The position numbers were made by a program, and so were the translations under genes. The notes under the pieces were generated by a model. The model was not told where the DNA came from and did not search any database. It saw only the letters and a list, made by a program, of their open reading frames with translations. Positions 8,646-17,592 of a DNA stretch of 32,000 bases are shown one piece after another (positions within the stretch are counted from its first letter, which is position 1; each line of letters opens with the position of its first letter). Source of the DNA: Candidatus Saccharimonadota bacterium (lineage in GTDB: Bacteria; Patescibacteriota; Microgenomatia; UBA1406; GWC2-37-13); the NCBI GenBank assembly GCA_016432445.1, contig CP066689.1:540001-572000 (forward strand). The letters are read 5' to 3'.

Positions 8646-9761
8646 ATGAAGATAATGGTGACGGGCGGGCATTTGACACCGGCTTTGGCGTGTATTGATG
8701 AATTATTGGCCAAAAAAGATATTGAGATAGTTTTTGTAGGGAAGAAATATAATAATGAACGGGAAAAAACATTATCTTTAGAGTATAAAGAGATTACGGC
8801 TAAGCCAGTACCCTTCATTAATCTTAAAGCGGGACGATTGAGCCGCAGTTTTTCATTAAGGACGATTCAAAACTTGGTTAATATACCTGCAAGCCTTTGG
8901 GAATCATACTTCATTTTATCCAAAGAAAAGCCGGATAAAATTTTATCTTTCGGTGGCTACATTGCCTTACCTATTTGCCTAATTAGTTTAATTTGGGGCA
9001 TTCCTTTTTATACTCACGAACAAACCATTCAACCAGGTTTGACAAACCGTATTCTTGGATTTTTTTCTAAAAAGATCTTTGTTTCTTTCAAAGAAACAAA
9101 AAAATATTTTCCTAAAAACAAAGTTATTATCACCGGTAATCCCATCCGCAGGCAGGTATTTGAAATAATCAAAAAACCTTTTTTAATAGAAGAAAAACTG
9201 CCGGTTATTTATGTTACTGGTGGTTCTCTGGGTTCCCATAGCATTAATGAGCATATGAAAAAAATTCTTGCTTCACTTCTTGAACGTTATGTAGTAGTTC
9301 ATCAAACAGGAAATTTGGCGGAGTATCAAGATTATGAAAAGCTTATCCACTTTAAAACCCAGCTTCCTGAGAACTTACAAAAGAGATATTTTTTAAAACA
9401 GCATCTAAACGCTGATGAAGTTGGATATGTTTATAAGAATACAAATCTGTTTGTCTCAAGAGCCGGAGCTAATACTTTTTTTGAGCTTACGGCCTTAAAA
9501 AAACCGGCAGTTGTAATACCGTTGCCTTGGTCAGCCTATGGAGAACAACAGAAACAAGCTGAGGTTCTGAAAAATGCAGGAGTAGCTGAAATTTTTGATC
9601 AGTCAGATAATAGTTCTAAACTTCTTGCATTAATAGAAAAAATGGTGAACAATATAAAAAAGTATCAAGTCAAGTTTAATAATTCAAAACTGAACTATTC
9701 TCAAAATGCAGCAAAAGTTATCATATCATCGCTTCTTCAAAATCATCTTCAAAATCATTAA
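8646..9761 (+). CDS. murG: Undecaprenyldiphospho-muramoylpentapeptide beta-N-acetylglucosaminyltransferase (MurG)
   Basis: The GT28 N-terminal loop is MVTGGHLTPALA and the C-terminal motif is VSRAGANTFFELTALKKPAVVIPLP...EQQKQAE. TGGTAAAAT at 8631-8639 ends 6 nt before the ATG. Confidence 0.88.
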   Translation: MKIMVTGGHLTPALACIDELLAKKDIEIVFVGKKYNNEREKTLSLEYKEITAKPVPFINLKAGRLSRSFSLRTIQNLVNIPASLWESYFILSKEKPDKILSFGGYIALPICLISLIWGIPFYTHEQTIQPGLTNRILGFFSKKIFVSFKETKKYFPKNKVIITGNPIRRQVFEIIKKPFLIEEKLPVIYVTGGSLGSHSINEHMKKILASLLERYVVVHQTGNLAEYQDYEKLIHFKTQLPENLQKRYFLKQHLNADEVGYVYKNTNLFVSRAGANTFFELTALKKPAVVIPLPWSAYGEQQKQAEVLKNAGVAEIFDQSDNSSKLLALIEKMVNNIKKYQVKFNNSKLNYSQNAAKVIISSLLQNHLQNH

Positions 9762-10473
9762 GTACTTTTTTATAAATATTTTTGTTATTATCGTTGGTTT
9801 TTATGTCCTTTATTTGCTTGATATGAAGTTCAAGGTAAAGAATATTGAGATTTCTGGAATAACAAATAAATTTAACTTAGTAGGATTGCAAGAGCTTAAT
9901 GGAAAAAATATTTTGCTGCTGTCTGGTGAGACAATTAAAAGAGATTTGCTGATGAATAATCCTATTATTAAACAGATTAATGTTCAAAAAAAATATCCGG
10001 ATAAGCTAATTTTAATAATTGAAACATATAGGCCTGCTGTTTATTTTGTGGTTGATCAAGGATATTTTATTTTAAGTGCGGATGGCAGGATACTAAGTAA
10101 GATTAAAAAAGATTATCCGCAGAATGAGCTGTTACCTGGAGGAATTCCTAAGATAAACTACTATCAAAAACTAAATTATTCGTCCTGGAAAAACGGTGAT
10201 TATTTAAGATACAAGGATATTGTATCAGCACTACATTTTTTAAAAACAGCTCTTGATTTGGGATTGGAAATCAATACTATTGATATTAACGGAACAAATA
10301 TGATAGCATTACAAATGAAAGGAAAAAAGATAATTTTCACAACCGAAAAAGACGAATCAGTCGAAGATTACCAGCTTAACACAATAATTCGACAGTTTAA
10401 GATAGAGGGAAGAGATTTTGATGTTTTGGATTTAAGGTTTGATAAACCCATGGTACAATTTAAAAATAATTAA
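9706..10473 (+). CDS. ftsQ: FtsQ-like division protein (TM helix plus POTRA domain)
   Basis: An N-terminal TM helix (YFFINIFVIIVGFYVLYLL) is followed by a POTRA-like KVKNIEISGIT...INVQKKYPDKLILIIETYRPAVYF. It lies between murG and ftsA. ATG 9706 overlaps murG by 56 nt and is the only canonical start that keeps the TM helix. Confidence 0.7.
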   Translation: MQQKLSYHRFFKIIFKIIKYFFINIFVIIVGFYVLYLLDMKFKVKNIEISGITNKFNLVGLQELNGKNILLLSGETIKRDLLMNNPIIKQINVQKKYPDKLILIIETYRPAVYFVVDQGYFILSADGRILSKIKKDYPQNELLPGGIPKINYYQKLNYSSWKNGDYLRYKDIVSALHFLKTALDLGLEINTIDINGTNMIALQMKGKKIIFTTEKDESVEDYQLNTIIRQFKIEGRDFDVLDLRFDKPMVQFKNN

Positions 10474-10478
10474 CCCTC

Positions 10479-11747
10479 ATGGCTGATAAACTAATCTGCG
10501 GTGTTGATATAGGCAGTTCAAAAATAGCAACTGTTGTTGGGATTGATTCTCCCGATCATGATGAACTTCGCATCATCGGCTTTAACTCAACTCCATCAAG
10601 AGGAGTAAAAAAAGGCTTAGTAGTTGATATTGATCAAGTAACTACATCCATAGAAGAAAGTGTGGAAAAAGCAGAACGTATGGCTGGTCATAAAATAACT
10701 CACGCTTTTGCTTCGGTTGGAGGACCTCATATATCTTCACTTAACTCTCATGGTGTAGTTGCTGTTTCTAATCCTCAAGGCGAGATAACTGAAGATGACG
10801 TCGTTCGAGCAGTTGATGCGGCTAAAGCTATCTCTCTTTCTACGACTCGCCAGATTATTGAAATTTCACCGAGAGATTATAGTGTTGATGGCCAGTCAGG
10901 AATAAAAAATCCTGTTGGCATGAGCGGGGTAAGACTCGAGGTTGATACTCACCTTATTACAGCATCAACTACAAATTTAAAAAATATAGACCGCTGTCTT
11001 TCAGATCTTGGTATAACTAATGCCGGTTTTATTTTCTCAGGCTTAGCTTCTGCTGAAGCGGTATTAACTGATACAGAAAAAGATTTGGGAGTAGTGCTAG
11101 TTGATATTGGCGGAGGAAAAACAGATCTTTGTATTTATATTGACGGATCTTTATCTTACTCGGCGTCAATTCCTATTGGCGCCAAGCACATTACTAATGA
11201 TATCGCTGTTGGTTTAAGAGTTTCTTTAGCTTCAGCCGAGTTAATTAAAATTTTTTTAAGCAAACATCTTAATGCTAATAAATTAAAAAATAAAACAGGG
11301 GATTTACCTAATCTTAAAGAATTAAATATAACTGAAGATATCAGTGATATATCTGTTAAAAATGTTATTGAAGAAATTGCTAATCCAAGAATCGAGGAGA
11401 TTTATAAATTTATTGGAGAAGAAATAGAAAAAAGCGATTTTGCTAAAAATATTCCTTCGGGTCTTGTGATTACTGGGGGTGGAGCTTTGACTGTAGGTAT
11501 GGTTGAGGCTGGAAGAAAAATAATTGGTTTGCCGATAAGGCTTGGGATTCCTGAAAAGGTGAGTGGATTGGTTGATGAGATAATTGATACTCAATTTTCA
11601 AGTACAATTGGATTGATATTTTATGGAAAAAAACATGCTTTAAGCGAAACAAAAAAAAATAAGGATTTTAATAAAATATTTAAAGATTTTTCCATAAATA
11701 AATCTTTTTCTAAATTTAAAGATTTATTTAAACAATTTTTACCTTAA
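10479..11747 (+). CDS. ftsA: Cell division protein FtsA
   Basis: Actin-fold phosphate loops GVDIGSSKIATVVG and LVDIGGGKTDL, plus VITGGGA. The C-terminus has an amphipathic helix, FSKFKDLFKQFL. Confidence 0.92.
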   Translation: MADKLICGVDIGSSKIATVVGIDSPDHDELRIIGFNSTPSRGVKKGLVVDIDQVTTSIEESVEKAERMAGHKITHAFASVGGPHISSLNSHGVVAVSNPQGEITEDDVVRAVDAAKAISLSTTRQIIEISPRDYSVDGQSGIKNPVGMSGVRLEVDTHLITASTTNLKNIDRCLSDLGITNAGFIFSGLASAEAVLTDTEKDLGVVLVDIGGGKTDLCIYIDGSLSYSASIPIGAKHITNDIAVGLRVSLASAELIKIFLSKHLNANKLKNKTGDLPNLKELNITEDISDISVKNVIEEIANPRIEEIYKFIGEEIEKSDFAKNIPSGLVITGGGALTVGMVEAGRKIIGLPIRLGIPEKVSGLVDEIIDTQFSSTIGLIFYGKKHALSETKKNKDFNKIFKDFSINKSFSKFKDLFKQFLP

Positions 11748-11750
11748 ACT

Positions 11751-12911
11751 ATGTTGGTTAAGCCAAAAGCTGGACAAGCTGCAAGAATAAAAGTAATTGG
11801 CGTTGGCGGTGGAGGCGGCAATGCTATCTCTTCGATGATTGATGAAGGCGGCATACCAGGAGTTGAGTTTGTAGCTGTAAATACTGATGCCCAAGCACTT
11901 CTTCACAATAAAGCCGGAGTTAAAATTCAAATAGGCGAGAGTTTAACTAAAGGTTTAGGGTCTGGAGGAAATCCTGACGTTGGCTTAAGTGCAGCTGAAG
12001 AATCAAAAGATAAATTAAAGGAAGAATTAGATGGTGCAGACATGGTGTTTATTACCGCTGGTGAGGGTGGCGGAACAGGAACAGGAGCTTCTCCTATTGT
12101 AGCTGAGGTTGCCAAAGAAGTCGGAGCTTTGACTGTTGCTGTTGTTACCCGGCCTTTTGAATTTGAAGGTTCAAAAAGAAAAATCACAGCTGATCAAGGA
12201 ATTCAAAAACTTAAGGACAATGTTGATACCCTTATAGTTGTTCCAAACCAGCGGATTCTCCAGGTTATTGATAAAAAAACTCCTATTCTTGATGCTTTCA
12301 AAAAAATTGACTCGGTTTTACATCAAGGTGTTAAAGGTATTGCCGAGCTTATTACTTTACCTGGTCTTATTAATGTTGATTTTGCTGATGTAAGGACAGT
12401 TATGAGCAATTCCGGGACTGCTTTAATGGGAATGGGAATAGCAAGCGGTGATAAAAGAGCTTTGGCTGCAATAAAACAGGCAATATCTTCTCCATTACTT
12501 GATGTCTCAATTGAAGGGTCGCGCGGCATACTTTTCAATATTGTCGGTGGACCAGATTTAACAATGTCTGAGATTGATGAGGCGGCCTCAATAATTCAAA
12601 AAACTGCTGATCCTGATGCTGATATAATTTTTGGCGCGGCTATAGATGATAAGATGCTTGATCAAATAAAAATTACGATTATTGCGACAAAGTTTAATGA
12701 AGGAAAACTTAAATTTTTTAAGTTTCAAAAAGATCAAAGGCCGGAGGTTCCTCTAAATATTCCTTCTGCAGTTGAAGAAGAACAAGTACTTTCCAAGAAA
12801 GAAGTAAAAGATAAAATGATAAGTGCAGTTGCCGATGATTATTTAGACGATACTGAACTTCTTGGTGAAGACTCCGAATTTGATATTCCCGCATTTTTAA
12901 GAAAAAAATAA
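11751..12911 (+). CDS. ftsZ: Cell division GTPase FtsZ
   Basis: The tubulin signature is GVGGGGGNA...[19 protein letters not shown], with NVDFADV. The conserved C-terminal peptide is DIPAFLRKK. Confidence 0.97.
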   Translation: MLVKPKAGQAARIKVIGVGGGGGNAISSMIDEGGIPGVEFVAVNTDAQALLHNKAGVKIQIGESLTKGLGSGGNPDVGLSAAEESKDKLKEELDGADMVFITAGEGGGTGTGASPIVAEVAKEVGALTVAVVTRPFEFEGSKRKITADQGIQKLKDNVDTLIVVPNQRILQVIDKKTPILDAFKKIDSVLHQGVKGIAELITLPGLINVDFADVRTVMSNSGTALMGMGIASGDKRALAAIKQAISSPLLDVSIEGSRGILFNIVGGPDLTMSEIDEAASIIQKTADPDADIIFGAAIDDKMLDQIKITIIATKFNEGKLKFFKFQKDQRPEVPLNIPSAVEEEQVLSKKEVKDKMISAVADDYLDDTELLGEDSEFDIPAFLRKK

Positions 12912-12914
12912 AAT

Positions 12915-13811
12915 ATGGGAGAAGGAGAGACTAGGCCTACAAATCCTTTGGACTTCTTAAAAACAAAAGCAAAAGAGATTTTCGCTCGAAGACATGGAGA
13001 TGATTTAACTAATATATTTAGGCAAAGAGCAGTTGATGCTAGAAATAGTCTGTCTTCAATCTCTGATGAAAAAATAAAAAAAACTGAACATGCCATTAAG
13101 ATCATGGCTGAATGCATTCCTGAAGCAACTCTCGTTGGAGGCTGGGCGTTAAGGCTTTATCTTCGACAAAGGGGATTATTAATTCCGACTGTTCCGGCAA
13201 TTGATATTGACTTCACGATTCCTCCAGCCAATTATGATCAAGTGCGGGAAGCTACAAGATTTCCACAAGAAACAGACTTTGAATTTACTGGTGTACCATT
13301 ATCTGAGAAGAGAAAAGCACTGATTACTGCTAAGCTTAGACGAAAAGGGGAGAAAGAACCGGTACCGGATTCGATGGGTGGGGGTTATAGAAATTTTATG
13401 AAAAGCACCAAAGAGGAGATGGCTTTGGAGGATAATGATTTTAAACAGCATATTGATTTATTTAGAACAGATGAAGTAGCGCAATCACAAAAACTGAGAG
13501 TAGATGGTGTTGAAGTTACAGTTTTAACGCCTGAGGAATTACTAATAAGACGATTTAATCAGCTCAATCGCTATCTTCCTGGTAAAACTTTAAATTCACA
13601 GCAAACAATCGAGATCCCAAGAAAAATTCTTCAATATTTTTATTTAAATGGAGCAATCACTCATGAAAAATCATTAATGAGATTGTGGGAAGAAAGAAAA
13701 GCTCAAGGAATTGTTACGGATGATTATCCGCAGGCATTTATATCATTAATAGAACAAATCGACTCCGGCATATCCTCTGGTAAAGTAACTTTACTTGATA
13801 AATATCATTAA
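12915..13811 (+). CDS. Hypothetical protein with a Pol-beta-type nucleotidyltransferase-fold motif
   Basis: The pattern LVGGWALRLYL...AIDIDFTI fits hG[GS]-x(n)-DhDh, and a later HIDLF could supply the third carboxylate. It starts 4 nt after the ftsZ stop. I recognise no family. Confidence 0.6.
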   Translation: MGEGETRPTNPLDFLKTKAKEIFARRHGDDLTNIFRQRAVDARNSLSSISDEKIKKTEHAIKIMAECIPEATLVGGWALRLYLRQRGLLIPTVPAIDIDFTIPPANYDQVREATRFPQETDFEFTGVPLSEKRKALITAKLRRKGEKEPVPDSMGGGYRNFMKSTKEEMALEDNDFKQHIDLFRTDEVAQSQKLRVDGVEVTVLTPEELLIRRFNQLNRYLPGKTLNSQQTIEIPRKILQYFYLNGAITHEKSLMRLWEERKAQGIVTDDYPQAFISLIEQIDSGISSGKVTLLDKYH

Positions 13812-13820
13812 AAGTTCAGT

Positions 13821-14561
13821 TTAAACTTCAATTTCCACAAGAATTGGGAGGTGGTCGGAGTAAGGAGTCTCAATAACTTTTGCTGATTTTACATTAATGT
13901 CTTCTGTTACAAAAACATAATCCAATCGCCAGTTTAAATTATTTTCCACAAAGCCTTCTTTATCAAATGGTTTTGTAGTCCAGGTTTTTTCACCAAAATC
14001 CGGTCCGGCATTCTTTAAATAAATACTAATCTGATCGATAGGATAAGTATTTGGAGGAGAGTTTAAATCTGCTGTAAAAATAAAATTACTTTTTTTTCCT
14101 TTAAGAATGTTTACGAGTTTATCCGTTTCTTTCTTACGCGCTTGGGTAATCTCAAAGCGGGAAGAATATGATAAATGAGTAGTACTAAAAGTTAAAGTGT
14201 GATTATTTACATTAATACTAGCTTCCATATATATACGGCCTTCTGTTGAAGGTTTCTTTGGTCCTGGATTTCTGTCTTGAATGAAAATATGATTCTTACT
14301 TAAAAGAGGAAACCTGGAAAATATAGCGTTACCTTGATTATTTTTTTCCGGTCGGTCATCATAACTATCTGCTTCTTTATAGAAATAATTATAATCAAGT
14401 TTGTCTGCCAAATATTTGGCAGTATCAGCCTTTGGTTCTTTGAAGTTTTGGAAAAATTCCTGTCCGCAGATTACATCAGGATTAATTCTTTTTATTTCTT
14501 TGGCAATATTTTCTATTTTTTCTACATACCAAACATTCCACTGTAATAATTTAATGACCAT
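13821..14561 (-). CDS. Endonuclease/exonuclease/phosphatase (EEP, DNase I-like) family protein
   Basis: Motifs LLQWNVW, ICGQEF, GNAIFSRFP and a C-terminal SDHLPILVEIEV. I moved the start to ATG 14561 because the longer ORF would run into the ileS start. TAAAAT (minus strand, 14572-14567) lies 5 nt upstream of that ATG. Confidence 0.8.
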   Translation of the reverse strand: MVIKLLQWNVWYVEKIENIAKEIKRINPDVICGQEFFQNFKEPKADTAKYLADKLDYNYFYKEADSYDDRPEKNNQGNAIFSRFPLLSKNHIFIQDRNPGPKKPSTEGRIYMEASINVNNHTLTFSTTHLSYSSRFEITQARKKETDKLVNILKGKKSNFIFTADLNSPPNTYPIDQISIYLKNAGPDFGEKTWTTKPFDKEGFVENNLNWRLDYVFVTEDINVKSAKVIETPYSDHLPILVEIEV

Positions 14562-14566
14562 AGATA

Positions 14567-14589
14567 ATTTTATCACTTTGTAATATAAT
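14567..14589. promoter_or_regulatory. Back-to-back -10 boxes for the divergent EEP gene and ileS
   Basis: On the plus strand, TATAAT at 14584-14589 lies 8 nt before the ileS ATG at 14598. On the minus strand, TAAAAT at 14572-14567 lies 5 nt before the EEP ATG at 14561. The whole intergenic region is 36 nt. Confidence 0.5.
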
Positions 14590-14597
14590 TTACAGAT

Positions 14598-17588
14598 ATG
14601 TTTAAGCCTGTTGAGAGCGTCATAAATTTTGTTGAGATGGAGAAAAAATGGTTGAGACATTGGTACGAAACGGGCATTATTGAAAAATATCTTCATAAAA
14701 ATGATGCTTCAGTAAAAAGATTTTCTTTCATGGATGGACCAATTACCGCCAACAATCCAATGGGAGTTCATCATGCGTGGGGAAGAACATACAAGGATTT
14801 ATGGCAAAAGTTTTATAACTTATTAGGATACAAACAAAGGTTTCAAAACGGATTTGATTGCCAAGGTCTGTGGGTTGAGGTTGAGGTGGAAAAAGAACTA
14901 GGATTAAAATCAAAAAAAGATATAGAAAATTTAGTGCCGGGCAATCGGAAAGATTCAATCGCCAAATTTGTTGAACTTTGCAAACAAAGAGTTTACAAAT
15001 TTTCAGGCATTCAAACTGAACAATCCAAACGTCTGGCCTACTTTATGAATTGGGATAACTCTTACTTCACCATGAGTCCAGAAAATAACTTTATGATTTG
15101 GTACTTTCTTAAAATTTGCTATGAAAACGGCTGGATTTACAAAGGCCGCGAATCAGTGCCGTGGTGTCCGCGTTGTGAGACGGCTATATCTCAACACGAG
15201 ATGCTGACTGAAGATTATAAGCAAATAACTCATGACTCTATTTATCTTGAGTTGCCAATTATTGATAAGAAAAATGAGTATCTTTTAGTTTGGACTACAA
15301 CTCCTTGGACAATACCTGCCAACATTGCGGTTGCTGTTGATGAAAAACTTGATTACTCATTAGTTCAAGGCAATACTGGCGATTATTATTGGGTAGCCAA
15401 TGCTTTGATTGAACCAGTTTTTAAGGGTGATTACAAAAAAATAGTTAAAAATGTTAAGGGAAAAGAACTTGTTGGTCTTAAATATAAAGGACCGTTTGAT
15501 GATCTTCCGGCAGTTGCAGAAGTAGCAACAAAAAATTCTGATAAATTTCATGTTGTTGTGGCCACTGATGATAACATTATGCCTATTTCGGTTACTGAGG
15601 GTACAGGAATGGTACACACAGCAGTTAGCGCTGGAATTGAAGACTTTAAACTTGGAAAAAAATATGGTTTACCAATGATTCCGGTTATTGCTGATAATGC
15701 GGATTATTTACCAAACATGAGTTTCTTAGCTGGAAAAAATGCTAAAAAACATCCAGAAATAATTATTAACTACCTGCAGGAAAGGGAAAAAAATTATGGA
15801 GAAAATTGGGTATTTGCTGTTTTTAGTTATTCTCACCGTTATCCTGCCTGCTGGCGTTGTAAAACAGAGTTAGTATGGAAAATCGCAGACGAGTGGTATA
15901 TATCGATGGATTCTCCATCGAAATCTCAAATGTCAAATGTCAAATTTCAAAACTTAACTTTGAGGGAGAGAATGATTGACGCAGCAAAAAAGATTAAGTG
16001 GATGCCGGAGTTTGGACTGGATCGAGAACTTGATTGGCTTAAGAATATGCATGATTGGTTAATAAGTAAAAAAAATCGTTATTGGGGATTGGCTTTACCA
16101 ATTTATGAGTGTGAAAAATGTAAAAGCTTTGAAGTTATTGGCGGATATGATGAATTAAAAGAAAAAGCGGTTGAAGGCTGGAAGGAATTTGAAGGTCATA
16201 CACCTCATAAGCCTTTTATAGATGAAGTTAAGATCAAGTGTTCCAAATGCAATGAAGTAGTTACCCGTATTGATGATGTTGGAAATCCTTGGCTTGATGC
16301 CGGCATTGTACCTTTTTCTACTCTCATTGATCCAAAAACAGGAAAAGTTAGTTACCTTGCTGACAAAAATTATTTTAAAGAATGGTTTCCGGCGGATTTT
16401 ATCACTGAATCATTCCCGGGACAGTTTAAAAACTGGTTTTATGCCATGATTGCTATGTCAACAGTTTTAGAAGATACTAATCCCTATAAAACAGTTTTAG
16501 GTTTTGGGACTCTTCTTGGTGAAGATGGAAGGCCAATGCACAAAAGCTGGGGGAACTCGATTGAGTTTAATGAAGGGGCAGACAAAATTGGCGTTGATGT
16601 CATGCGCTGGATGTATTCGCGCCAAAATCCGGCTGACAATATGCTTTTCGGCTACAAAAAAGCTGATGAAGTCAGACGGCAATTTTATTTAATGCTGTGG
16701 AATTCGTATAAATATTTTGTGGATTATGCGATACAGGATGAGTTAAGAGTTAAGAGTTTAGAGTTTAGAGTTGAGAAGTTGAAAAATGTTTTGGATATGT
16801 GGATTGTTAATCGATTTGTTTGGTTGGTTAAGTTTGTTGAAAAGAGTTTGAAACAATATAATGCAAAAGATGCGGCTCTGGAAATTGAAAAGTTTGTTAG
16901 TGATTTATCAACCTGGTATATAAGGCGAAGCCGCGATAGAGTTGGCGCAAGCTCTGATAATAAAGAAGATAAAGAGGAATTTTATAGTACATTGAATTTT
17001 ATTTTTACTAATTTATCAATCATATTATCTCCTTTTATGCCATTTGTAGCGGAGAAAATATATAAGAACTTAACTGAAAATGAGTCCGTTCATTTAGCTG
17101 TATGGCCTAATTTATCTGTCGATATAGATGAAAACTTAATTAATGAAATGCAGACACTAAGGGAAGTTACTGAGGTTGGACATAGAGTTCGCAAAGAAAA
17201 AAGCCTTAAAGTTAGGCAGCCATTAGCTAAGGCTATAATCTCTTTGCCGAGGAATAAAACATTAAAGCATAAATTATTTCTTAGCCAGCTTGATGATTTA
17301 ATTAAAGGAGAGTTAAACGTTAAGGACATTGAATGGAAAACAAATAATGATGATCTGATAAGCGTTGATTATGATACTAACATTACTGAGGAATTAAGAC
17401 TGGAGGGAGAGCTTAGGGATTTAATAAGGTCAGTTCAGAGCGAAAGAAAAGAGAAAAATATCCGGATAAATCAAACAATAGAACTGGTTCTACCAGAAAA
17501 GTTTAAAAAATTTGAAGATTTAATAAAAAAAAGAGTCAATGCAAAAGAAATTTCTTATGGAGATGAACTGAAAATAGAGGTAAAATAA
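14598..17588 (+). CDS. ileS: Isoleucine--tRNA ligase (IleRS)
   Basis: The N-terminus (FVEMEKKWLRHWYETGIIEKY...FMDGPITANN) is typical of IleRS. Zinc-knuckle-like WCPRCETAISQHE and ACWRCKTELV are present, along with DWLISKKNRYWGLALPIY. The KMSKS-position loop reads PMHKSWGNSI. It contains two heptamer-repeat arrays. Confidence 0.85.
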   Translation: MFKPVESVINFVEMEKKWLRHWYETGIIEKYLHKNDASVKRFSFMDGPITANNPMGVHHAWGRTYKDLWQKFYNLLGYKQRFQNGFDCQGLWVEVEVEKELGLKSKKDIENLVPGNRKDSIAKFVELCKQRVYKFSGIQTEQSKRLAYFMNWDNSYFTMSPENNFMIWYFLKICYENGWIYKGRESVPWCPRCETAISQHEMLTEDYKQITHDSIYLELPIIDKKNEYLLVWTTTPWTIPANIAVAVDEKLDYSLVQGNTGDYYWVANALIEPVFKGDYKKIVKNVKGKELVGLKYKGPFDDLPAVAEVATKNSDKFHVVVATDDNIMPISVTEGTGMVHTAVSAGIEDFKLGKKYGLPMIPVIADNADYLPNMSFLAGKNAKKHPEIIINYLQEREKNYGENWVFAVFSYSHRYPACWRCKTELVWKIADEWYISMDSPSKSQMSNVKFQNLTLRERMIDAAKKIKWMPEFGLDRELDWLKNMHDWLISKKNRYWGLALPIYECEKCKSFEVIGGYDELKEKAVEGWKEFEGHTPHKPFIDEVKIKCSKCNEVVTRIDDVGNPWLDAGIVPFSTLIDPKTGKVSYLADKNYFKEWFPADFITESFPGQFKNWFYAMIAMSTVLEDTNPYKTVLGFGTLLGEDGRPMHKSWGNSIEFNEGADKIGVDVMRWMYSRQNPADNMLFGYKKADEVRRQFYLMLWNSYKYFVDYAIQDELRVKSLEFRVEKLKNVLDMWIVNRFVWLVKFVEKSLKQYNAKDAALEIEKFVSDLSTWYIRRSRDRVGASSDNKEDKEEFYSTLNFIFTNLSIILSPFMPFVAEKIYKNLTENESVHLAVWPNLSVDIDENLINEMQTLREVTEVGHRVRKEKSLKVRQPLAKAIISLPRNKTLKHKLFLSQLDDLIKGELNVKDIEWKTNNDDLISVDYDTNITEELRLEGELRDLIRSVQSERKEKNIRINQTIELVLPEKFKKFEDLIKKRVNAKEISYGDELKIEVK
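15902..15957 (+). repeat. Heptanucleotide tandem array H1 inside ileS
   Basis: Eight 7-nt units: ATCGATG GATTCTC CATCGAA ATCTCAA ATGTCAA ATGTCAA ATTTCAA AACTTAA. The array encodes ...SMDSPSKSQMSNVKFQNLT. Confidence 0.8.
16740..16781 (-). repeat. Heptanucleotide tandem array H2 inside ileS (same family, inverted orientation)
   Basis: The plus strand reads GAGTTAA GAGTTAA GAGTTTA GAGTTTA GAGTTGA GAAGTTG. The reverse complement re-phases to TTCTCAA CTCTAAA CTCTAAA CTCTTAA CTCTTAA. The array encodes ELRVKSLEFRVEKLK. Confidence 0.75.
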
Positions 17589-17592
17589 CTTT

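Noticed and set aside
8728-8745. TTGTAGGGAAGAAAT in murG and GGTAGGGGATTAGGGG at about 18260 in rodA, both GTAGGG heads.
   Set aside because: No complementary arm follows either one. The rodA case encodes the conserved SEDS motif GRGLGAG.
12925-12945. GAGACTAGGCCTACAAATCC at the 5' end of the NTase ORF, which has a CCTACAAAT tail like P1.
   Set aside because: Only an 8-bp TAGGCCTA palindrome is present, with no extended stem. It could be a decayed solo end of a P element, but the evidence is too thin.
13341-13357. A GC-rich palindrome, GAACCGGTACCGGATTC (core CCGGTACCGG), inside the NTase ORF.
   Set aside because: A single 10-bp palindrome lacking the family ends (GTAR/YTACA) is within what chance could give. 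I kept it only as a note.
15903-15921. The inverted repeat TCGATGGA-TTC-TCCATCGA at the start of array H1.
   Set aside because: It is real, but it is probably a by-product of adjacent heptamer units in opposite phase. I did not treat it as a separate element.
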